Assembly: GCA_963761975.1 (NCBI GenBank)
Contig: CAVXIR010000004.1
Location: 1,219,148-1,283,147, forward strand
Direction of reading: 5' to 3'
DNA from: Vicinamibacterales bacterium
GTDB taxonomy: Bacteria; Acidobacteriota; Vicinamibacteria; Vicinamibacterales; JAMQPK01
Length of the DNA stretch: 64,000 bases
Positions 27,071 to 36,300 of this stretch are shown here, in pieces. How positions within the stretch are numbered: the first letter of the stretch is position 1; each line of letters starts with the position of its first letter. The notes beneath the pieces were generated by a model. It saw only the letters and a program-made list of their open reading frames with translations. It was not told the DNA's origin and did not search any database. Made by a program: the position numbers and the translations under genes.

Positions 27071-30000
27071 CTAGAACCCCATGCGCAGGCCAAGACGGAT
27101 GTACCGTTCCGAGTACTCACGTCCGGAACTCTGCGTCGAGTTGATGACGCCAAAGCCGTTCAGACTGCGCACCGTTCCATCCGGATTGAGCTGCAGGTTC
27201 GACACGTTCAGATTGCCCGGGTTCGCGAATGTCGGCCTGTTGAACAGGTTGTAGATGTCGACCTTCAGCTGGATCGTCTTTGAGCCCCCGATGGCCAGCG
27301 TACGGATCAAGTTGAGGTCGAAGTTTCGCACCCCGGGCCCGCGCAGGCTGTTGAACGTGCCGGTGCCGAACCTCGCCTCGGTCACCGGTTTGAATGCGAG
27401 GACGTCGAAGTACGGCGTCGTCGGACCGACGTCGCCGTAGATCTCGACGTTGTCCTTCACCTGGTCCGCGAGCTGCGGATTCCCTGGCGCGTTGAGCGAC
27501 GTGGTACTGGACGAGACGGTGAACGGCGCTCCGGAATACGCGGTGAACGTGGAGCCCAGCTGCCAGCCTCCGAAGATCGCCGCCAGCGAACCGCCCGAAT
27601 TGAGGTGCGCCCGGTCCGGGCCGAACGGCAGTTGATAGATCACCGAGGCATCGACCTTGTGCGGCGTGCTCGTGCCGGCTCGCGCGGCCTGGAATGAACC
27701 GCCGCCCTGCGTGGCTTTGTTCAGGTGGTAGAACTCCGGGATCGCGATGTTGCCCGCCCACAGGTCGGTCGCGCGTGCGTAGGTGTAGGCCGACGTGAAC
27801 TGGAAGCCCGCGATCATCCGGCGCGTAAGGCTGAGCTGCAGCGAATCGTAGGTGATCTCCCCCACCGGCCGGAAGACGGTCATGTTAGCGGTCGTGCGAA
27901 GACCGTTGGTGAGGTTCGGCAGGTTGAACGGCTGGCTCGCGGCGCCGCCGCCAATCTGGCCGTAGTTGAGGTTCACGCCGCGTGTCTGGTCGTTCTGACG
28001 GTTTGCGACGTAGCCGACCGTCACGCTGAGCGAATGCGGGAAGAGCTTCTGCGCCGACACGTTCCAAGACGTAATCGTGCCCCGTTGGAATTCCCCTTCG
28101 AGCGTGGTGACGCCCGCACCGGCCGGCAGCCCGACAACGCCAGGCGAAAGATCCAGCGTCGGCACGAGCGGCACACCGGTCGTCACCGAGCCGACCGGTG
28201 TGAAGGTATTCGGACCTGATTGGGTAATGGCGATGATCTGCGGGAAGGCCTGCGCGATGCCACCGACTCTCGTGATGGCGTTGTCGCTCTGAGGATTGCG
28301 CGAGAACCCAACGCGAATGACCGTATCCTCGGTCGGCCGGTACGCCAGGCCGAGCCGCGGCGTGAAGAGATCCTTCTGGACTTTGATGTCGCACACCTGC
28401 GGGTTCGCCGCGCCGACGCCGCACACCTGCAGCAGGTTCGTGTTGAAATCGAACATCTCGAGCCCGCGATCCGCGCGCGTCGGGAACGGGTAATATTCCC
28501 ACCGGACGCCAACCGACGCGGTCATCTTGGGCGTGATCTGCCATTGGTCGCGCAGGTACAGCCCCGACGCCCAGCCCCGCACCGTCGCCGGCCACTGCGG
28601 GCCCTTCGCACCGTCGGTGTCGAGGAGCGGCGTCATCACCTGTGCGTTTCGCGACTGCGGCAGTCCTAACAGGAAATCGGCAAACTGATTGAATGTATTC
28701 GGCGAGGTGCCGCCGCTCAGCGCGGTCGCGCCGCCGTTGAACGTGAACACCGGCACCGCCGTCTCGTAGTGATTCAGGTAGTTGTGCTGCACGTCGAAGC
28801 CGAACTTCACGTTGTGCGTGCCTTTGGTCCAGCCCGCGTTGCCGCTGAACTGCATCTGGTTGTCGGCGTAGTCGCGCATCTGGCTCGGCGTCACCAACGC
28901 CCATGGGCCCATGTTGAACATCGGCGCCGCGCGGTCGCGCGATCGCGGCGGCTGGCAGGCGTTGGGAATCGCGAAGTGGTCGCCCCAGCATTCGTCTTCC
29001 GGTCCTTCGGGGCCCACCCAGCTGTGATAGGGCGTGTAGCCGAAGACGCCGTCGACGACGAACGATTGCGACAGGATCGAGGTGGCCAGCACCGATCCGC
29101 TCGTGATGTTCGCTTGCCACAGGCGGCCGACGCTCTGCGGGTTGAATTCGGCGCCGTCGAGCGACGGAAAGATGCCGTGACTGTTCTGCCGGCTCGTGAG
29201 CCAGCTGACCCGGTTGTTCAGGTTCAGCCGGTTCCCTGGGGTCCACGTCAGCTTCGTGTCGATTTTGTGCAGCGTCGACTCGAAGTTGTCGCGCGCGTAG
29301 TAGTTGTCCGTGTAGCCCGGCAGCGTCGGCAGCACGAGCCCGGCCAGCAGCCGGCGCGAGGTCGGATTGATGCGGCTTTCCGGGATGTAGTTGCAGCTCG
29401 CGAAGCGCGAATCTGTGGTGGACGACAAGCCCGGGCAATTGGCGAACGCAAACGGGACACGCCCGGTTCCCGTCGCGGTGCCCGTCAGCGGATCGTAGAG
29501 AACGGTGTTCGTGTTGGCGAAATTTCCGGCTCGGAGATCCGCTGGCGCCAGCGTGTTCAGGCCGGTCGTGCCGGTGGACACCTCACCTTCGGCGAGCTGC
29601 ACCGTGCCGTCTTTGACGCGCCGCACCTCACTTTCGACGCTGATGAAGTAGAACAGCTTGTTCCGCACAATCGGCCCGCCGATCGTGCCGCCGAAGATGT
29701 TCTTGTTATCCTTGCCCTTGTCGTTGTCGGCGGGGAGGAAATACGGCCGGTTCTTGAGCGCCGAGGACGTCAGGTATTCGAACAGCGAACCGCTCACCGA
29801 GTTCGTCCCGCTCTTCACCTGCACGTTCACCGCCGCGCCGCCCGCCATGCCCTGATCGGCATCGAAGCTGTTGGTGACGACGCTGACCGTTTCCACCGCC
29901 TCGAGGGCTGGACTATAGGACTGGATGTCCGGATACCACTGGTTGGTCACGGCGGCGCCGTCGATTCTGAAAAGCGTGTTGTTCGGCGGCTGTCCGTTGA

Positions 30001-30577
30001 TCGACACGCCCATCGAGCGCGCCGGGTTGTTGATGCCGCCCGCCTGAATCATGTACGGCGCCGCCACGCCGGGCATGAGGCCGATGAAGCTCTGATACGA
30101 CCGCCCGGCGGTCGGCAGATTGACGATCTGCTCGCTCGACGTCTGCATCTGCACAGCGGCGCTCTCGGTCTGGAGGACGGCCGCCGTCCCCGAAACGAGA
30201 ACCGTCTCCTGCAGTGCACCGACGGTCAACCGGACGTCGACACGCACCTGACTGTTCTGCGTCACGCCGATGTTGCGCGACGTGGCGGACTGAAAGCCGG
30301 TGAGCGTGACGTCTACCTGATACGTGCCGGTAGGAATGTTCGGGAAGTTGTAACCACCCGTGGCATTCGTAACCCCCTCCCGTATCTGGTTTGTTGCTGT
30401 GTGAGTGATCTTGACGTTGGCGCCGGGCACCGCCAAGCCGGTCTCATCGGTGACGTTTCCTACCAGAGAACCGTAAAGCGTTTGAGCCGACACTGGAATC
30501 GTATGAACGCACAGTACGATAGCCAACACACCGAGCCCGCGAGCGGCAATCCTTCCGCACGACAGAAGCTTTCGCAT
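27071..30577 (-). CDS. TonB-dependent receptor with an N-terminal carboxypeptidase-regulatory-like domain
   Basis: 1168 aa with a signal peptide. SLVGNVTDETGLAVPGANVKITHTATNQIREGVTNATGGYNFPNIPTGTYQVDV is a CarboxypepD_reg domain. A plug and a long beta-barrel follow, ending ...RLGLRMGF (terminal aromatic residue). Confidence 0.85.
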   Translation of the reverse strand: MRKLLSCGRIAARGLGVLAIVLCVHTIPVSAQTLYGSLVGNVTDETGLAVPGANVKITHTATNQIREGVTNATGGYNFPNIPTGTYQVDVTLTGFQSATSRNIGVTQNSQVRVDVRLTVGALQETVLVSGTAAVLQTESAAVQMQTSSEQIVNLPTAGRSYQSFIGLMPGVAAPYMIQAGGINNPARSMGVSINGQPPNNTLFRIDGAAVTNQWYPDIQSYSPALEAVETVSVVTNSFDADQGMAGGAAVNVQVKSGTNSVSGSLFEYLTSSALKNRPYFLPADNDKGKDNKNIFGGTIGGPIVRNKLFYFISVESEVRRVKDGTVQLAEGEVSTGTTGLNTLAPADLRAGNFANTNTVLYDPLTGTATGTGRVPFAFANCPGLSSTTDSRFASCNYIPESRINPTSRRLLAGLVLPTLPGYTDNYYARDNFESTLHKIDTKLTWTPGNRLNLNNRVSWLTSRQNSHGIFPSLDGAEFNPQSVGRLWQANITSGSVLATSILSQSFVVDGVFGYTPYHSWVGPEGPEDECWGDHFAIPNACQPPRSRDRAAPMFNMGPWALVTPSQMRDYADNQMQFSGNAGWTKGTHNVKFGFDVQHNYLNHYETAVPVFTFNGGATALSGGTSPNTFNQFADFLLGLPQSRNAQVMTPLLDTDGAKGPQWPATVRGWASGLYLRDQWQITPKMTASVGVRWEYYPFPTRADRGLEMFDFNTNLLQVCGVGAANPQVCDIKVQKDLFTPRLGLAYRPTEDTVIRVGFSRNPQSDNAITRVGGIAQAFPQIIAITQSGPNTFTPVGSVTTGVPLVPTLDLSPGVVGLPAGAGVTTLEGEFQRGTITSWNVSAQKLFPHSLSVTVGYVANRQNDQTRGVNLNYGQIGGGAASQPFNLPNLTNGLRTTANMTVFRPVGEITYDSLQLSLTRRMIAGFQFTSAYTYARATDLWAGNIAIPEFYHLNKATQGGGSFQAARAGTSTPHKVDASVIYQLPFGPDRAHLNSGGSLAAIFGGWQLGSTFTAYSGAPFTVSSSTTSLNAPGNPQLADQVKDNVEIYGDVGPTTPYFDVLAFKPVTEARFGTGTFNSLRGPGVRNFDLNLIRTLAIGGSKTIQLKVDIYNLFNRPTFANPGNLNVSNLQLNPDGTVRSLNGFGVINSTQSSGREYSERYIRLGLRMGF

Positions 30578-30766
30578 ACGCCTCCCTCGAACGCGTCAAT
30601 GGGTCACAAAAACGCGCTCTGCCTGTTTCTTGTACCGAAGAGCAGCAGGATAGGTTGCTGGGTAGGAAGTGTCAACAGTCTGGCAGGCAAAAGCGCGCCC
30701 GATACATCTCGCGACAAAACGGGCGGCGAGCCGATATTTCGCGCTCCGCGCGGCCCAGACGCGAAT

Positions 30767-30985
30767 TCAATCCTGAACAGGATCGAGCCTGGAATTCGAG
30801 AACGCCGCCGCCAGCATCGGACCCTTGTCGAACGCAGACAGGTGCGTGCGAACGACCTTCGCGCGGCAAATCAGATCGGCAGCTGTCGGTGCGAGTTGTG
30901 CTCGCGACAACTGGATGCGCATCTCCAACTCTGTGTCGATGCCGACCGCGGGGGTCGACTTCGACGGCAGGCTGTCGGAAGGCAC
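30767..30985 (-). CDS. hypothetical small protein or gene remnant downstream of pbpC
   Basis: 72-codon ORF with a GTG start. Third-position GC looks high by eye, like neighbouring genes. It lies in an otherwise unassigned 436-bp gap. No family recognised. Confidence 0.3.
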   Translation of the reverse strand: MPSDSLPSKSTPAVGIDTELEMRIQLSRAQLAPTAADLICRAKVVRTHLSAFDKGPMLAAAFSNSRLDPVQD

Positions 30986-31013
30986 CTCCCAAATCGGAAT
31001 TCAAGTTGAGCGG

Positions 31014-33377
31014 CTACTTCACAAGGATGGTGGTTTCATCGCTTCTGCCACGGCCGTCCGCGGCCGCGATACGGTGCGATCCAGGTGAGAGCGGCCATTG
31101 CAGTGGCCTGTCGGGATCCGAAGTTCCGATCCTGCGCCCGTCGACAGACCACTCGATTCGACCCGCGCCGGAATCAGCTGACGCCCGCAGCGCAATCGTC
31201 TGATATTTCGACCGAAGCGTTGGATCGATCAGATAGGTCGCGCCTTCGGGCGGGTTCTGAATCGAAAGATGAGCGATTTCGTCGATCGTCGAGCGTCCAT
31301 CGTCGATCGTCGGTCGTCGAGACGATGGACGATGGACGCTGGACGATCGACGATCACTTGGGATTTCTTGGGCCTGCGCCCACTGCCGATATTCGGGCGG
31401 CCAGACGACGATGACGCCGTCTTCGGTCAGGTGATGCCAGCTGCATGGCAACTCGGTGGCACCGGCCGGCAGCCATTCGTTGATGCGAGCCGGGCAGGAT
31501 CCATGTGCGCGCATACCCGAAAGGGCGCAGATGGACACGCGCGTCATCTCGGCCGGCGGTATCGCAAGGGGCTCATCGATTCCCGCCGCCTGTCTCCCCA
31601 TACGCGTGTGCGCAGCGAGCATCACCGCGTGAAAAATCGGGCCGGCACCTGTGACACCGGACGAATTCGACAGGGGCGTGCGATCGAAATTCCCGACCCA
31701 GACGCCGACGGTGATGTCGCGGGTGTAGCCAATGGCCCAGTTGTCGTGATAGCCCTCGGACGTTCCGGTCTTTGCGGCGACGGGAAATGGAAAGTCGAGG
31801 CTCCCGCCGCGGCCAAAAATGTACTCGCGCGCGTCGGCATCCGACAGGATGTCGGTGATCCAGAACGCCGAACGTGGCGAGATGAATCGTGCCGCCGTCC
31901 GATCGCCGCCACGAACAGCCAACGGGGACAGCAGCATGCCGCCTCGGGCAAACGCCGCGTACGCGGCCACCAGCTCGGACAGCTGCACCTCGGCGTTCCC
32001 CAGCGTGAGACCAAGACCGTAGTGCGACGCGGTTTTATCGAACGACGACAACCCGGCGCTGCGAAGAAATCGCAGCAGCTTTGGCACACCGATATCCGCC
32101 GCGAGGGCAACCGCGGGCACGTTCTCGGATCCAGCGAGCGCGCGTCGGGCGAGCAGCGGTCCTCGATACCGGTCGTCGTAGTTGCGCGGGCTGTAGACCA
32201 GGCCCTGCTCCGCCGTTGGGAAATGCGAGGGTACGTCTGCCAGCACGGTGGCAGGGCTCCAACCTTCCTCGAACGCCAGCGCATACGTAAAGGGCTTGAG
32301 CGCCGAGCCGGGCTGCCGTAACGCAACCGCGCCATTTATCGTGCCGCCATGCTCGGCGTCGAAGTAGTCGCCCGAACCCTCCCATGCGAGCCATTCGCCC
32401 GTGTCGTTTTTCAGCACCACAACCGCGACGTTGCGCGCCCGATGCCTGTCGAGCGTGGCCCGCTGCGTCCGTATGATGCCCTGCACGTCGCGCTGCAACG
32501 CGGCGTCGAGCGTGGTATCGACACGCCGCGGCCGCGGGTTCGTGTAACCAGCCAGCACCATCTCGACAAAATGCGGCGCCACGAACGTCGATTCGTCGCG
32601 GCGGAACGTCATGTGTTCCGCTTTGGCTTCCGCGGCCTGCGCCGCGTTCACCAGCCCGAGATCCTGCATTCGATCGATGACGCGTCTCTGTCGTGCCACC
32701 GCGGACGCCGGGTTACGAAGCGGATTGAGCCGCGACGGCCGCTGCGGTAATCCAGCGATGAAGGCCGCCTGGGCCGGCGTCAGCACCCCGGCTGGCGATC
32801 CGAAGTACGCGCGGCTCGCTCTCTCGGCACCGTGGATCTGATTGCCATACGGTGCAAGATTCAGATAGAGCGTGAGAATCTCGCGCTTGCTGAGACGATG
32901 CTCCAGACGAACCGCGACGATCGCTTCGCGAATCTTGGCGGAAAGCCCGCGCGCCTGACGGCCGGCGTTCTGCCGGGCGAGCAGCAGCTTCGCCACCTGT
33001 TGACTGATCGTCGATCCACCTTCGACAATCGCCCCTTCTCGAATGTTCCGCCAGGACGCTCGCGCGATGGCGACCGGATCGACGCCGGCGTGCGTGTAGA
33101 AACGACGGTCTTCTGCAGCGATCGTTGCGGAAATCAGGTTGGCCGGAAGTGCATCCGCATCGAGCCACATCGCACGCGTCCCGTCACCCGCCCGCGATTC
33201 ATAGAGGATTTCACCGTTCCGATCGAACACCGTCGTCGAGTGCGTGTCGTCGAGATCGAGGAGACCAGGTGGCAACGCACCGACCCGCAGCCAGACGACG
33301 AATGCAATGGCCGCAACTGCGAGTACTCCCAAAACCCGGCCGGTCCGACTCACCACAGAGGGCACACCCCACTTCAC
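31014..33377 (-). CDS. pbpC: penicillin-binding protein 1C (bifunctional glycosyltransferase/transpeptidase)
   Basis: 787 aa. GT51 motifs: AAEDRRFYTHAGVD, GGSTISQQVAKL, RKIREA. Transpeptidase motifs: SALKP (SxxK), SEN-like GSENVP, KTGTS. A C-terminal PBP1C-type domain is present. The start overlaps the alpha-2-macroglobulin stop (ATGA), which is the classic pairing. Confidence 0.9.
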   Translation of the reverse strand: MKWGVPSVVSRTGRVLGVLAVAAIAFVVWLRVGALPPGLLDLDDTHSTTVFDRNGEILYESRAGDGTRAMWLDADALPANLISATIAAEDRRFYTHAGVDPVAIARASWRNIREGAIVEGGSTISQQVAKLLLARQNAGRQARGLSAKIREAIVAVRLEHRLSKREILTLYLNLAPYGNQIHGAERASRAYFGSPAGVLTPAQAAFIAGLPQRPSRLNPLRNPASAVARQRRVIDRMQDLGLVNAAQAAEAKAEHMTFRRDESTFVAPHFVEMVLAGYTNPRPRRVDTTLDAALQRDVQGIIRTQRATLDRHRARNVAVVVLKNDTGEWLAWEGSGDYFDAEHGGTINGAVALRQPGSALKPFTYALAFEEGWSPATVLADVPSHFPTAEQGLVYSPRNYDDRYRGPLLARRALAGSENVPAVALAADIGVPKLLRFLRSAGLSSFDKTASHYGLGLTLGNAEVQLSELVAAYAAFARGGMLLSPLAVRGGDRTAARFISPRSAFWITDILSDADAREYIFGRGGSLDFPFPVAAKTGTSEGYHDNWAIGYTRDITVGVWVGNFDRTPLSNSSGVTGAGPIFHAVMLAAHTRMGRQAAGIDEPLAIPPAEMTRVSICALSGMRAHGSCPARINEWLPAGATELPCSWHHLTEDGVIVVWPPEYRQWAQAQEIPSDRRSSSVHRPSSRRPTIDDGRSTIDEIAHLSIQNPPEGATYLIDPTLRSKYQTIALRASADSGAGRIEWSVDGRRIGTSDPDRPLQWPLSPGSHRIAAADGRGRSDETTILVK
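31279..31353 (-). repeat. 33-bp imperfect inverted repeat (31 of 33 positions paired) embedded in frame in pbpC
   Basis: Left arm 31279-31311 is TCGTCGATCGTCGAGCGTCCATCGTCGATCGTC. Right arm 31321-31353 is GACGATGGACGATGGACGCTGGACGATCGACGA. The centre is 9 nt. The total of 75 nt encodes 25 low-complexity codons (...DRRSSSVHRPSSRRPTIDDGRSTID...). It is built from the same SATCGTC heptamers as 11306-11340. Confidence 0.9.
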
Positions 33378-36300
33378 CGCTGAACCTCGACAATGGCCGT
33401 TTCCGTTCGGCCGAATACTTCAGGCTCGTACATCTCTTCCGCGTAGGCGGGCGCGGTTCTGAACGTGCCGGCCGTCGTGGCCCGGACGATGTACGAGAAT
33501 TCGTGGCGCCCCTCGTCGAGCCGCGTGGCGAACAGCTGGATGCGATCGTCGTGGCGCTCGACGTGATCGAAGCCGCCGTTCATCAGCCAGCTTCGCCAGT
33601 CGCCTTGCTGTTCGAGCTGCTGCTGCTCCCCCTTCAGTGAGGCTGCGGTGGTGGCAAACCACGATTCGACGGGCTCGAAGCCCGCCGGAAGCGGATCGGT
33701 CACCGCAACGTATCGCCGTTCTTTCGTCAAGTTGAACGAGAGCGTGACTTTGACGAGCTCGCCGGCTTTGTATGACAACGCCGGCGTCGCCGCCGGACCG
33801 CTCTCGCGGAACGGCTCGTACCGTCGCTCGATCCGGAAGCCGCTGTCGAGCCCTTCCTGGTAAAGCTCATTGGACGCGTATCTCAGGCGGGCAACGTAGA
33901 AAAGGGTTCCAGTGCCCTCGCGGGTAAACGTGAGCTCGCGCTTCGAGCCCGGCGCCGCTTTGGCCGCCAGCGTCGCCATCGGCATGTCTCGCGTCACGGC
34001 CTCGCTCGAACGGCCCTCGAACCGGTTGCGCACGAGATCGTCGCCCGAGAACTTCACAACGGCCTGAAAGTCCGGGATCTCGCTCTCGTACTTTCTGTAG
34101 TACGCCACGAGCGCTTCCATAACCCGGGCGTTCTCCTGAGTGTTGTTCCATCGGCCCTTCTTACGCGCCGCCAGCAGCCAACGGACGATTGGTTGCACGA
34201 GATGATCGGCCGAAGACCCGCGCATCAGCGATCGAAGCGCGATCGCGGTTGAATTGACGTTCGAGTTCCAGAACCAGAGCAGGTAGGGATCGTTCAGCTC
34301 TTCCACATGAGCGCTGCCGCCCTCGGGCAGAATCGCATTGGCGATGCGCCGCTGCAGTTCTTCAGTCCGCTGTCCTGTCTCCTTTTTGGCCGCAAGTGCG
34401 TCGAGCAGGTACGCCATTGCGAATACCGGCATGCGATCGAGCCGCGTGTAAAGGCGATTGATGTGTGAGTCCTCATTGCGGCCGCCCTCGACAAGGACTT
34501 TTACGGCGAACGCCTGCCAGGCCGTGTATGCGGGCCACCACCCGTCGTCGGTCGGCGGACCTCCGCTCAGCTCTTTCTCGAGAAAGACGTAAGCACGCTC
34601 GAGCATTTCCTTATCGACGTCTGTACTTCAGCGCCGAAGCTTGATGAAACACGTGCAGCAGGTATGCAGTGAGGTAGGCCGAGGTAAAGCGGCAGTCGCC
34701 GGCCCAGTACGTAAATCCTCCGTTCGCACACTGGTACTTGCGAAGGCTCGTGATGGTTTCCTGGGACACGCGCCGCAAATCGGACGCGTTGATGCCCGGC
34801 AGCCGGAATGCCGAGCCGAGGTCCGATGCAAGCAGCAGTGCGAACGCCCGCGATCCCTGCTGCTCTGCGCAGCCAAAGGGGTACTCAACGAGGTACCGGG
34901 CGCCTTCACCGAGCCCGACGAGCGCGGTCGACGACAGCTGGACATCGAGACCGCCGAATCCCGGGACGACGCCGGCCGGCATCACGATCGTTTCCTTCGC
35001 ATCCGGCCGAGCTTCCCCATATGCGGCGACTGTTTCCGGCGACGCGAGAATCTCTATCGGGATGACGTCCTCGAAGGCATCGCTTTCTTCACCAAGCCGT
35101 GCCGTCATCTGCACGCGTGCGGGTCCGACGGCTTTGGCAACCGTATCGAACCTCACTTCGATGGACCCGTTACCGCCGATCTGCACGATTTGCCTGCCGT
35201 TGCCTCTCACCTCGAGGATCGACGGATCCAGGCTCCGCATCGTGACGATGGCGGTGCCCGATTCCGTCAACTGGCTCGTGACGACCGAACCGAAATGCGA
35301 CGTGTCGCCCACCGCCATAAAGCGCGGGAACGCGGGCTTCAACGTAACCGGTTTGTTGATGCGAATTTCGCTTTCGGAAGAGCCAAAGCGCGACGCCTTG
35401 TCTCCCGCGACCGCCATAATCCGATAGGTTGTCAGCGATTCGGGAAGCTTGACGTCGATGCTGGCCAATCCATTCGCATCGGTCGTGACCGATCCCAGCC
35501 AGAAAGCGAGCACCCGGAAATCCTTCCGCATCGTGCCGTCAGCGCCGCTGTCGACGCCGCCGCCTCCGCCTTCGTCCTCGCCCTTCGGCACCACCGCACG
35601 ACGGCTGATCAGCCGCTGCCGGTTATCGACGTTGATGACCTGCAGCGATTTCTCGAGGTAAACCGAACCGAGCACATCGGGCGTTCTGAAGGCCGTCAAC
35701 GACAGGACGCCGTAATCGACAGCCCATAACGTCACTTCGCTCGCCGCCGGGTTGCCGCGGAAGTCTTTCACCTGCACCTTCACCGCGGCCGAGTTGGCGG
35801 GGCGATACTCTTCCTTGTCGGCGTTGACGGCGAGCGAGAGCCGTTTGCTTCCGTCGTCGACCTTCAACTCGACATACCCGAGACGGAAGGACGGCTTGCC
35901 GGGATCACTCCCGTCATCGGGCGTGTCTTTATTTTGATCCGGGGGCCCCTGCCCCCCGGTCAGCGCTTCAGCGCTCGTCCTGCCTTTGACGAGCAAGACC
36001 GAGACGTACACGTTGGGAATGTCGCCTTCGGTGATGGGCACCGTCACATATTGCTGTGCCGAGGTCAGTGCGAACTGCCGATGCGTGCGAACACCTTCGC
36101 GTTCGGTGGTGAGAAGCGCCGTGGCGCGCTCCCACGGCGACTGGATCATGATTCGTGCAGACTCGCCAGGACGGTACGTGTTGCGCTCGGGAACGAGCGT
36201 GATGCGATTGTGATCGAATCGCTCCCACGCTGTGTAGCCCTCGCCGAGCGCGTAAAAGCTCGTGAGCGTTCGTGTGACATGTCCGCCGGCATCACGCGCG

